A DNA stretch of 64,000 nucleotides from positions 12,402,001-12,466,000 of the forward strand of contig NC_087252.1 in NCBI RefSeq assembly GCF_037042905.1, read 5' to 3'. The notes under the pieces were generated by a model. It was not told the DNA's origin. It did not search any database and was given only the letters and a program-made list of their open reading frames with translations. A program made the position numbers and the translations under genes. This DNA comes from Lytechinus pictus (taxonomy: Eukaryota). The first letter of the stretch is position 1; each line of letters begins with the position of its first letter. Shown piece after piece: positions 38,635-50,905 of this stretch.

Positions 38635-40546
38635 TGGCAAGTTCCCCCAAGTCTGCGCAGTCCCCCTTGTCTGCGCACTCACGTATCCGCGCGATTCTAT
38701 TAAAAGAAGATACACAACGAACACAGACTTTACACATGCAATACATAGACAGGTATTCATTAAAAAATTTGACTCAAAATAGTGGAAAAATAATGAATTT
38801 AGGGCATTTCATGTGACGGCCTCAAAATGCAGCCTTTCTCATCAAAATCCCTGAATCGTGTGCAAAGTGAATGAGTGCGCAGACATGGGGTAGGAATCTA
38901 GGATGGGGGGTCGGGTGTCCAGACACTTTATATTTTTGAAGCCTTCTTTTTTGTCTTAAGATTACACTAAAAATATGAATTCAATAGTTGTTATCATCCT
39001 CTATTTTGTTCTCTATAATATTTTCTAACATTTTGTATACCCAGTTGTTGTGTGTCCGGACAGGTTGTGTGTCCGGACGATCAATTTTAGAAAGTCATTT
39101 GGAAAAAATTACAAGCGAAGTTTCATCAAATTTTAGTATAGTCACGTATTGTATTACCGGACACTATTATGATTCCGGACGCGCATATTACTGAGTTCGA
39201 AAACATTTTCGTACCGTAAGACTTCCGCAATTCAATTTCACAGAGCAATACATAGAACAGGATTGAAAAAACAAGGCGAAAAAAATCATCTTTCACCTTA
39301 TTTATCTCTAAAATGACAGAAAATGCTTAAAATATCAAATAACATAGTTTTGCATTAACAATTGATATATTTTCTAACGGAAATATGGGTCTGATCTGCC
39401 GAATTTCAATCTCGTCCGCTCCTTCGATCGAATGATGAGGTGTGGTGTATTGTGGGTGATCGTCGACGGCTAGTTCTCAAGGGACCCGTGCGCGAGGTTT
39501 ACCGTGAGTATAGAGCCGTCGACGATCGGCAGCGCATCGATAGAACTTGATGAGCATCACGATACGAACGAGCATAATATTGGAAAGTTCCATGAAACAT
39601 GCAGCTAACAAGAAAAAATAAAGTTATCAAACATGAATTTATTACCACTATCTGCTCAGAATCGATATAAAAACAGCAAACAAAAACTTAGAATTTACTC
39701 ATGATATGATATAAGAAGAAAAAAATCACACAAATTTGTTCTTAAATCATTATAATCAAGAATATCTTTACCCGTCCGGCGCGCGTCCGGAATCATAATG
39801 TAATTTGTCACGCACGAAAATAACTGTTTTTCATGGAGGGGTATGCGGCAAGTGCGATGCAAAGAAAATGGTTGGTAAATATAAAATAATTTTACCATAG
39901 GCATAGGCCCCTATTCATAATTTTCATAATATTTGGAATAGCAAGTGCGAATTTTCTTGATTGTATTTCCTCTAGTTGTCATTTTTAAAGCACTGAAATA
40001 AAGGTGTCCGGCAATAGGATACACTGCCATACAAAATTTTAGAAAATATTAGGCCTATAGAGAATAAAATAGAAGATTATTAGGCCTAGGCCTACAACTG
40101 AATAGTATTGAATTCATATTTTTAGTGTAATCTTAAGACAAAACAGAAGGCTTCAAAAATATAAAGTGTCCGGACACCCGACCCCCCATCCTACTAAAAA
40201 TTGATGTAACTTCGCTTGTAATTTTTTCCAAATGACTTTCTAAAATTGATCGTCCGGACACACAACCTGTCCGGACACACAACAACTGGGACCTGGGTAG
40301 GCTACTTAGTTCAAGTACAGATACCATTTTTTTTTCAATCTGAAAATGACAGCCCTATGTTTTTTCAAGAAAATCCTATATTTTCTTTCATTTTTCAATG
40401 AAAAATTTGGTACACTTACTCATAATAATATAAGGAACATTATTACATGTTACAACTGAAAGATTTTGTGAAATAAGATTTATTAAGAAGAAATTCATGT
40501 TAAATCTTAACTCAAATTGTTAGGTGCGCAGACTTGGGGCCCACCA
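38635..40546. mobile_element. Four-layer transposon nest: W containing X, containing inverted X, containing Z
   Basis: W TIR CCCCAAGTCTGCGCA at both ends. Outer X about 38901-40298, inner inverted X 39038-40191, Z 39139-40029; the inner insertions are bounded by TA. Confidence 0.8.
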
Positions 40547-40600
40547 TTATTATACTATTATGATTGAATATGAAATAGGAGAAGATGATGAAGACTCTAC

Positions 40601-40850
40601 CTATTTAAAGCGTAGCAGATTTAGTGTCTAAGAAGTGGCTCACAGGCTGAGATGAGAGATCATCAGGTGAAGTCTTCGAGCTTGGCAGACGTCGAGAACG
40701 GCGCTGGCAGCCCAATCGATAAGCTCAGCTAGCCATAAACCCTCGTTGAGACAAGATAACGTCTTTTTCGATATATGGGACCGGTCCCACAAGTTCTTCT
40801 GAACAGCTCGCTCGCTTGCGAAGCCCAGCTCCGACCTTTCAAATTACTGA
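40601..40850 (-). other. Vangl: Probable non-coding first exon / TSS region of Vangl
   Basis: Locally CpG-rich, non-repetitive segment ending at a minus-strand donor TAG|gtagag (40600-40599). The CpG-poor, TACATGTA-rich character of the intron ends about here. The 5' boundary is a guess. Confidence 0.5.
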
Positions 40851-40865
40851 CGCTAGATGGCGGTA
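40847..40865 (+). promoter_or_regulatory. CTCF-like motif (also overlaps a YY1-like ATGGCGG core)
   Basis: CTGACGCTAGATGGCGGTA resembles the CTCF consensus core CCASYAGRKGGCRS and lies at the inferred Vangl promoter. Confidence 0.4.
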
Positions 40866-41244
40866 CTGAAGAATTTCGACTGTGACACAATGATTGTTTA
40901 TTGAAAATATCGCATAAAGCAGCTTTAATATCTTTTGGTTCGTTATGTCTATGATCTCTCCACAGTATTTGAAATTATAATATTGCAATTTCCCCCAATT
41001 ACAGTGATAAACGTTATTTTTTTAAGGATTTAAACATTAATTTTTTATTGATTTTACTGTGTCGTTGTTCAAAGGCCCTTCTCTGTCTATCTTATTTCCC
41101 CTTATTGGACTTCTATTCCCCGTTGTCATCTCCCTATTTTTCCCTTATTTAACCTGACTATTTCAGACAAGGTTTTACTGTGTGAAATTTTGTTTGGAAT
41201 TAGCTCTCTTTAAATAGCGAGTAGAATGCTAATTTTGAAGAAAA

Positions 41245-42465
41245 ATATAATAATAATAATAATAATAATGGATATTTAGAGGCGCTAAAAACAAAAAGTA
41301 CCATAGCGCGTACAATGTATGAATAATTTAACATGAATAATAATTTAATAACTACAATATTCAAGATAAAAAGGGAAATTAATTATTGAGGAAAAAGGTA
41401 TGTCTTAAGGGAAGATTTGAAGCCAAGAACACTGAAAGCATTTCTTATAGAAAGAGGGATAGCATTCCAAGTCTTGGCAGCTGCTACAGCAAAACGTTTT
41501 TCGGCAGAGGAGAGTTTTGACAAGGGAATGCAAAGTCTGCATGTGTCAGTGATTGAACGAAGATTACGAGAGGGTGTGTATAATTTGATGGTATTATTAA
41601 GATATTCAGGTGCTAATTGATTTAGAGTTTTGTATACATATAAAGAGACTTTAAACTGAATACGTTGGAATAGAGGTAGCCAGTGGAGTTCCTTAAATAG
41701 GGGTGTAGTATGAGTTAGGGATCCAAAGCCGAAAATTAATCGAGCGGCACGATTCTGAATAACCTCAAGTTTTCTTCTATCCCTAGCTGACTAAACAGTA
41801 TATAAACTATTGCAGTAATCTAACCGAGAAAGAATAAGTGCTCGCACAGCATGGTGACATGTCTTAAGATCAATGAATCTACGAATCCTCCACAAGTTGC
41901 TGAGATGATAATTACATTTACGGACAACCTGATTTACTTGAGCAGACAGTGTGAACATGTTATCAATGCATACTCCTAGAACATTAGTTTTAGTGGAGAA
42001 GGGGATGCATTGACCATTAACATTAAGCTGGATATGTGATATTGATTGCAGATGGCGGGCAGAAGAACAGAGAGCTATGAATTGAGTTTTGATATTATTC
42101 AGCTGGAGATAATTAGATGACATCCACCTACTTATTTCAGAAATACAAAGAGAGGTTTTCTCAAGTGTTTCATTTATATTTTCAAAAGTCAAAGGAACAA
42201 TACAGTTGTATATCATCATTCTGCATAACAAAATATACTGTAGACCATGTTTATTAATAATGTCAGAGATGGGAGTGATATACAAACTAAACAGAATCGG
42301 CCCGAGAACTGACCCTTGGGGTACCCCAAACTCAGTGACCCACGGGTCAGACAACTCTCCGGCTATGCTTACCCTAGATGACCAACCAGTCAGGTAAGAC
42401 TTAAACCATTTAAGAGCTAGACCAGATATGTGAAATCGAGATTTTAAGCGATTCAGTAATATATG
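41245..42465 (-). mobile_element. 5'-truncated, inactivated L2/CR1-group LINE (reverse transcriptase C-terminal half plus 3' tail)
   Basis: RT motifs GLALKWFKSYLT, GVPQGSVLGPILFSLY, WMSSNYLQLN, SRLDYCNSL. The YADD motif is broken by a 4-nt insertion near 42215. A (TTA)n tail lies at about 41248-41269. Confidence 0.92.
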
Positions 42466-42702
42466 AATGAGGTGTCCCTCTCTCGTTCCCTTTCTTTTAT
42501 TTTTTTCGCTCTTTTCCATACATTAATTCACTTTGATTTTCCAAACTTACTGTTCTCACTCATATTAATACAGAAAATGTTAATTAAATCATCTTATATC
42601 AAATCCATTCCCACAATAGCAGATACACCCACATTCACACATACACACACCTCCAAATGCACCCTTACATGCGTGTATGTATGATAAAATGTCTTCGGCT
42701 CC

Positions 42703-42846
42703 AGGGAAGCGTTTCACGAAAGGATTGTCAAACGTTTTATCTGACAATTTCCAGTTTAACAGTGCTTATCGGACAATCAAAAGCAAGGAAAGATGTCAGA
42801 TCTGAAAACTTGTCGGACATAAAATGTTGAATCATAAAACGCTCCC
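42703..42846. mobile_element. Short Harbinger-like MITE
   Basis: GGGAAGCGTTTCACGA...TCATAAAACGCTCCC inverted ends. Confidence 0.6.
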
Positions 42847-42860
42847 TTAGTTTAGCCCTG

Positions 42861-45652
42861 ATAGTCCAGGATAGGCCCCATAGACAAGGGGTCGAACCTT
42901 GTTTTTTTAGATATACAATGTTTTGTGATGGTTTCTTGTCAATTCGAGGGTGCTGATTCCGAATCTGAATGATGCCACTCTTGTAACCTTGAGCATTTTC
43001 CGCAAATTGGCAAAATCCAATATGGCCGCCAAAATCTGCAAATTACCCATGAAAATCATAAAATTGCCAACACATTAGCTATGAAATGCATGTAGTTGTT
43101 GTGCAGAAGTGAAATACCAATTGGAAAAGCGATACTTGACAAAATATTTATTTTATTGATATTCAAAATGGCCGCCATAACCCCTGTATACTTTATTATG
43201 TAGAATATGAATGGGGGAAATATTTTTTCAAACAAGAGCACTATTATTGCATGTTATTGTGACCTGCGAGTGGACTACTGTCTGAAAACATGACTATTAA
43301 CAAAACTATGTCATTTGTATACTATCTAATGTGATAAATGCTGTATTATGATATTCAAAATGGCTGTCATAGACCCCTTATACTGTGTACAATATATAAA
43401 AGGGGACTCGACAAATAATTTTCACAACCTTTGAATTTGTTTGACTTTAAAATGCCAATAACTGCGAAATATTGGTGTAACACTGTCTGGCAACAAGGAT
43501 TTCTAACGAAACATATCATTTCCCTTGCGATTTCGGTAATTATGCTGCATGTTGACATTCAAAATGGCTGCCATAGGCCCTATCTGTATTATGAACAAAG
43601 CGAATGGAGAAACTAATTTTCACAAGAGTAAAAACAATAAAATGAATGTAATTGTAATCTATACGAGTGAAATATTGTCTAAACACATGATTTGTGGCGA
43701 AACATATCATTTCATTTTTCATGCATGAGATAAATGCTGTATTGTAAAATTCAAAATGGCCCCTATGGGCCCTTACAGTATTATCTACAATGTAAATGGG
43801 GACAAATACTTTTGAAAGAATTAGGATTTGCCTGACTATGAAATCCATATAATTCTGTTGTATAAGGAAAATATTGTTTGAAAACGTGATTTTTTTAATG
43901 AAATATAACATTTCCTCTCCCATAGGTGATAAATACTGTATTTTGACTTTCAAAACGGCCGCACAAGCCCCTACGAATTCTGTAATATGCGTATAGGGAA
44001 ACTAATCATCACCAGAATGAGAACCAAAAACGCACGTAACTATGTGATGTATAGGTAAAATTTGGTCTTGAACATGATTTCTGACTAAATACATCACATA
44101 ATGGTTGAGAAGGTAATAAAGGCCTTACTTTGATATTCAAAATTGCTGCCATAGCCCAAAGTAGTATGTACATTGTAACTGGGGACAGATAATTTTGACA
44201 AAATTTTTACTATGAAAATGGCTCAATTTTGATGTAAGTGTTAAGTATTGTCTAAACCCAATGATTTCTAACGAAATATATCATAGCTTGTATCATAAAG
44301 GTGATGAATGCAGCCTTTTAAAAATGAAAAATGGCCGCCATAGTCCCTTATCTTAATATGTAAAATTTGAATGGGGAAAGATTATTTCCACAAAGAAACA
44401 TATTGCTGCCATTTTGAAATTTAAATATAGCATTTATCACCTAAATAACATAAGAAATGATCTATTTGGTTACAAAATCATATTTTCAGACGATATTTCA
44501 CTCATACATGCAACACCATTTAGTCAAGCAAAGCCAAATTCTGTTAAAATTATATGTTCCCATTCACAAAGTACATAATAGGCCTACCGTTAGGGCCTGT
44601 AGCGGCCAGTTTGACTTTCAAAATACATTATTTATCACCTACCTGGCAGAATGAATGGTATATCTTGTTAGGAATTATGTTTTCAGACAAAATTTTACTC
44701 TTAAATCACAATTATATGCATGTTATGGTGCTGACTCATGTGAAAATTGGTTTCCCAGATCGATTGTACATAATACAGTCAATGTCTTTTGGCGGCCATT
44801 TTGAAAGTCAAAATACAATATTTAACACAAATATGAAACCCGAATAATATATTTCGTTGCAAATTATATTTGAAGACAGTATTCCACTAATTTACCACAA
44901 AAAAATATGTTTTAGTGCTCACCTTGTGATTGTTTTTGTCCTCTCTCACATCGTAGATCATAATTTTAGGGCCTTTGGCGGTCATATTAAATATCAAAAT
45001 ACAGGGTTTATCACATACATGGCATGTTAAATAATAAATTTCGTTAACAATAATGTTTTTAGTCAGTATTCCACTCGTTTATCTCAACAAAATGCATTTT
45101 AGTGCTCACTCTTGTGATTTTTTTGTGTCACCATTCACATTGTACATAATAGTGTTAGGGCTTTTGAAGGCCATTTTGAATATCAAAATACAGGATTTAT
45201 CACATAACTGACATAACAAATGATATATATCGTTAGCAATCATGTTTACAGACATTGCTTCACTCATAGATCATAATTACTTGCATTTCAGTGCTCAATT
45301 TTGTAAAAATTAATTTTCCCCATTCATATTGTACAGGGGTCTATGATGGCGGCCATTTTGATATCAAGAAAATAAATATTTTGACAAAAATCATTTTTTC
45401 AGATATTATTTCACTCCGGCAGCACAATTGCATGTACTTTAAAGCCAATGTGTGGACAATTTTATGATTTTCATGGGTAATTTGAATATTTTGGCGGCCA
45501 TATTGGATTTTGCCAATTTGCAGAAAATGCTCAAGGTTACACGAGTGGCATCATTCAGATTCGGAATCAGCACCCTCGAATTGACAAGAAACCATAAAAA
45601 AACATTGTATATATTAAAAAACAAGGTTCGACCCCTTCTATCCTGGACTATG
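42861..45652. mobile_element. 2.8-kb foldback element with long TIRs and internal ~190-bp subrepeats (P/Galileo-like)
   Basis: (C)ATAGTCCAGGATAG termini and about 300 bp of high-identity inverted arms. AAAATGGCCGCC-type motifs switch orientation at about 44400. No TSD visible. Confidence 0.82.
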
Positions 45653-47810
45653 ACACACACACACCCTCACCCTCACACACACACACACACACACCCTCGT
45701 AGGCCTATGTGCCGTGTGTGGGTGAATTTCTTTGTTTTGTGTGATCGAGCGCCTTTGGAACGTTGATTCATGATTTTGCCCCCCCCCCCCCCCCCCCAAT
45801 CTGAAAAATGGATCGACGCCCTGCCATGGACCCACTAGCAGGTCCATGGCTAAACTAACGGAGCGTTTCATGATTCAACAGGGGAAAATTCACGAGCGCC
45901 ATCTACGTTAAGTATAGAACACAGTGAATGTGATTTTATTTGGAAGTGTTTTAGACACACCTGGTTAACATTTCATTGAGATTTAAAATAATGCACATTG
46001 TACATAGCATAATTATTATTACACACAAGATTCTGCAAGTAATAAAACATTTAAACATGCGAAAATATAATAAACGTTTGAACATAAGGCTTTACAAATA
46101 AGATAAGTGAGATTTTGAAGGCCTATATAGTCCACCAAACAGCAATCGCTGAAAAAAACAATTGCGCAAGTATGACAACAATTATTATGGTAAAAATGTT
46201 CATCAAATTCGGTTGCAAAGTGTGCAAACTAATGATTCGATATTGTATGTCGACGTACTGAATAATAAATAGGCCTACTTCATTGTTTGTGCTATTGATG
46301 ATATGGTTAATTGATTCATCATTTTTCCCCCATGGAGACTCCGCATAATCACAGAGCAGTAAAAATATGTTGTACATTACCTAAGGGGGAAAATTAATAT
46401 TTTTCAAAATAAATCATTACTCATATCTAAAATAAAACATATACAGAAAAAGTATTTAAAGCGTGTTATCATTGATCGGTTTGTATAATGTAGGCCTACA
46501 CTTTACGAACTTACGTGTTTAGTGCACGCAAATGTTTCATGTCATAGTTTTGTTAATCTTGAAAGAAATATTTAGTATTATGATTGGTGTATTTTTCTTT
46601 TGTTATTCAAATCGATTTGTTACTACCGTAGAATTGCCTCAATAAAGCCAAAAGCCAAATAATGCACAATAATTCGTAACAAAATGTATTTTTAAATTTT
46701 TAGATTATTACACTACTAAATAGGTTTGGTCAAGTAACCACTCTTTTGGTGAATATGTGCCCGACCGTCTAATATCGATATAAATATCAACACAAATCAA
46801 AATTCTGGTAGATTTCAAACAATAAATTGGTTGTTTTGACCATTTTTTTTCGATAGGACACATTATGTACCAACACATTGGTTTGTTATAGGTCCATGCT
46901 TTGACCAATCCTTTTTCAATAGTGTAGGCCTATTTTCTTAAAGTGCTCTTGCGTCTGGATTTCGGAGTACATGTTGATTTCACATACGGTTATATATAGT
47001 TATAGTCGTCCTTGCAAAGCAAACATGAATGTCCAGTAGATTAAAGGACACGTCCACCCCAACAAAAACCTGATTTGAAGAAAAAAAATCCATAAAACAT
47101 AACAATGAAAATATCATAAAAATGGATGTAAAAGAAGTAAAGTTATGACATGTTTAAGTTTTGCTTAATTACACAAAACAGTTAATATAATTATGCACAT
47201 CTTGGTGTGGACTTGACCTTCAAGATTTAACCAAAAAGAAGTCAAGGGGCAGCAAATTCTATAAATATTCATTTCAGTATAAAATATGTAAAAGTAGAAT
47301 GATACATTGTAATTCAATACACAGGAGTGTTTATAATGATAGGCCAAAAGGCAATCAGTGGACTTACAATTCTGTCCCCGATTTTAATTCAAAATCAGCT
47401 TTGCAGCTACACTTTTGGCTAATGAAGAAAATAAATGTCGACTGATTAAGTTCCTCAGCAGATGACCTGGCATAAGCTTACCAGGACCAATAACGGTCAT
47501 TAGAACCTCAATATAAAATCGGTATATCTGCGCTTTATGGTGAAAGTGATGCAAATTGGTAAATGACAATTATATTTTCAGGTGCAGTATAACTTAGTAC
47601 CCCTTAAAGAGTGCTGCTTGTAATAAATAGTTTCAGTACCAAAATAGAACAAGGGCAAGATGCATTAAATACTAATTCAAATACATAAACATACTACTTA
47701 CGTTAATAAAACACTCTCAATATAATATCAATATAAAAAGATTTCCAATAGTAATAATTGTACAGTAATAACATCTTTTAAGAATGATTATTTAACTGGG
47801 GGCAGTCTAT

Positions 47811-47926
47811 TTATCTCGTATCTCTTCCTTTCCGTCTATCAGCATTCAATGGGGGTGGGGCTAATTCAATCTTAGCTAATCCAGTAAGAACTTCCTCGGG
47901 GATTTCTCCAGTATCTTTGTTCATTT
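47811..47926 (-). CDS. PEA15: PEA-15-like protein, last coding exon (C-terminal tail)
   Basis: Acceptor tcctttctttcag|AA (phase 1) gives EMNKDTGEIPEEVLTGLAKIELAPPPLNADRRKGRDTR-stop; IELAPPP matches PEA-15 IKLAPPP. Confidence 0.85.
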
Positions 47927-47988
47927 CTGAAAGAAAGGAGAAAAAAGGGGAAATGGGGTTGGTGAAGTTGTCAAAATTACTCATTTTA

Positions 47989-48419
47989 CCTATGCTGGAA
48001 ATAGTGCAGTGTCTCACAGTGTATTAACAGTGTGGAACACAATGATCTTTACACTCATAAATCCGAGCAGTTTGAACGTGTGAACCACACCTTCAGACAG
48101 TCCACTCGTGAACAAGTGAACACGTTATGAACACATTTTTGATTTTTCATACACTGCGAACACACTATTAACACAGTTTGAGTACATTATGAACCCATTT
48201 TGAACACACTGTGAACACACTATTAACACAGTTTGAGTACATTATGAACCCATTTTGAACACACTGTGAACACACTATTAACTCACTTTGAGTACATTAT
48301 GAACCCATTTTGAACACACTGTTAACACAATTCGAAAACACACTGCTAACACGCTATTGACACACTGTGGAAACATTATGGAACACACTATGAAAACACT
48401 GTGTTCTTTCCCAACAGGG
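47989..48419. repeat. 55-bp tandem repeat inside a probable MITE
   Basis: Units start at 48159, 48214 and 48269 (AACACACTATTAACACAGTTTGAGTACATTATGAACCCATTTTG...); weakly inverted ends. Confidence 0.75.
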
Positions 48420-48884
48420 ATGGTCCATTTCAATTTCAAATACAAATATTCCTGTATGTATTCACTTCGGACGCTTTGCTCCCTCGCCTGTATTTTATCT
48501 TGATCATATTCAGCCTATTAGGAAACGAGGAAAGTTCTTGCGTACGGCCAGTTTTTAAACGGATTCTTTCAATCTGCAGCCATTTTTTAATCACCGAAAA
48601 TATACCACCAGTTGTGAGATGATAGCATTTTTGTATATTGAGAGTGTGATATTGGCTATATATTTCGCTTTTTACTTATAAGAATAGAATTAATGATGCT
48701 TATATCATTTAGCCAGATTTTAAAGATTGAAAATTGAAAAGCAAGCCTGATATCACGAATATTATTTGTGGCTTATTATTACTCCTAAATATCATGAATT
48801 GTATCACTATTAGTAAAAATGACATCATACCATTCCTCCCTCTCCTCCTCCTCATCAGCAGCATCATCATTATTTTCATAATCA

Positions 48885-49385
48885 TATATCATCATCATTT
48901 ATCATCATCATCATTTTCATCATCCCCACTATCATCATTATCGTCATCATTATCATCATCATCACCATTATCATCATCATCATCATTATCATCGTCATCT
49001 TCATCATCATCATTATCATCATCATCACTATCATCATTATCATCATCATCACTATCATCATTATCATTTTCATCATCACCATTATCATCATCATCATCAT
49101 TATCATCGTCATTTTCATCATCACCATTATCATCATCATCATCATTTTCATCATCACCGTTATCATCATCATTATCATCATCATCATTATCATCATCATC
49201 ACTATCATCATTATCATTTTCATCATCACCGTTATCATCATCATTATAATCATCATCATCATTATCATCATCATCACTTTCATCATTATCATTTTCATCA
49301 TCACCATTATCCTCATCGTCGTCATCATTACCATGATCATGATGATTACTATGATCGTCATCATCCTCATCACTGTTCTTATCAT
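48885..49385. repeat. (CAT)n compound microsatellite
   Basis: Long ATC/ATT triplet run with a higher-order period; it accounts for the poly-S/D/M ORFs. Confidence 0.95.
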
Positions 49386-50742
49386 GATTGTTCATGTTGT
49401 TGTAATGATCACAATTCAGCACATTATTCTAATCTCTTTTTGTCTTTTACATCGAGGAACTGAAGAGTGGAGTGGCTTTAAGTTTCACGACTAGAAGCGA
49501 GATCTAGGGACGTGCTTTCAATTGCATCGTTGATGACGTACCTGGATGCCATAACATACGCATTATGAATTTTCAAGAAGTAGGTCCCTGGATATAATGT
49601 ATGTTTCTACTAACCACATTTATGTCTTTTCTCTCTTCCTATCTTTTCTCTCGTCCTTTCTTGCTTTCACTCCCCACCCCCCCCCCCGCTCTCCCTCCCC
49701 CTTTTTTCTGCTTTTCACCCCACTCATTCCCCCCTCTTTCTCTCTCACCCCCCTCTCTCCTCCTTTATTCTACTCCCTCACCCACCCATCCCATCTCTCT
49801 CTGTCTCTCTCTCTCTCTCTCTCTGCATTTACATTTAGCTGTGGGTCTTGTAAGCTTCACATTTCATTTCCTTTATTATTTCTTATATCTTCAATATGAT
49901 CAAGGATTTTGTGTTAAGTACTTGAGTGCTTGCTCACGTCATTTCCTTCCATCTTTAATTTGCTCTCCTCTCTTTTTATTCTCCCCCCTCTCTCTCTCTC
50001 TTGCTTTCCGTGGATCCCATGGCGGTTCCTGGATTGTATTATTATTATCATCATCATCAATATTATCATAATTATTATTATTATTATTATTATCATCATC
50101 ATCATTGTCATCATCATTATAATCATCATTATTTGTCTTTATTATTATTATAATTATAATTATTATCATAATCATCATTTGTGTTTTTTTATTATTATTT
50201 TCAACATCATAATCATCACCATCTTCAAATAAATTCTCTAGAGGTGACGGAGAAAATACCAATTTCTTAATTGCCTTTTTTTGTCTCTCTCATTTATAAT
50301 ACATAGACCATATTGTTTTTAGTCATGTATTAAACTGAAATCATACCATAATCTACATAATGATTATCTATACATCAAAGAGATTATAGCAACGCACAGT
50401 CACACCAACGACACATGACCCAACCGACCGATGGTATGTCATTGGAAATAACATAAGAACATTTGTCGATTTGAGATCGATCTGCCCGGTGTGACTTGGG
50501 CATTAATCCTCATCAAGACCTTCATGAGAAACACCTCTGATTTTTACAGCGGATTAAAAGCATCAACATTGTGCAGTAAACATGGTTCATGTTAACACAA
50601 CAAGAAGCATGAGCTATTTAAAATTATTATTATGAGCAAATTCGATGGATAGCATGATATTCTGGCACCAGACATGATAATCAGTCCTTATTCCCTACAT
50701 TTTCCAATTCATAGTGAAATGCTGTACTTTATTACAATGCAA

Positions 50743-50905
50743 GTGGGTGTTTCATAAAGCTGTTCGTAAGTTAAGAGCGACTTTAAGAACGACTGGTGAT
50801 CCTTTCTTACGCGGTAAATAATTACCAATGAACATTAAATGGTGAATATCATTTACCACAAGAAAGTCGCTCTTAACTTACGAACAGCTTTATGAAACGG
50901 CCCAG
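50743..50905. mobile_element. Harbinger-like MITE (uninterrupted relative of 3656-4640)
   Basis: TIR GTTTCATAAAGCTGTTCGTAAGTTAAGAGCGACTTT at both ends. Confidence 0.85.

Noticed and set aside
41791..42519. 242-aa ORF as a functional reverse transcriptase or host gene
   Set aside because: It is 5'-truncated, the catalytic YADD is frameshifted, it stops prematurely, and the N-terminal residues derive from flanking DNA.
48734..49422. Long poly-Ser, poly-Asp/Asn and poly-Met ORFs (resembling acidic biomineral proteins)
   Set aside because: They are translations of a (CAT)n microsatellite that is open in several frames, inside a PEA15-like intron, with no convincing splice or signal context.
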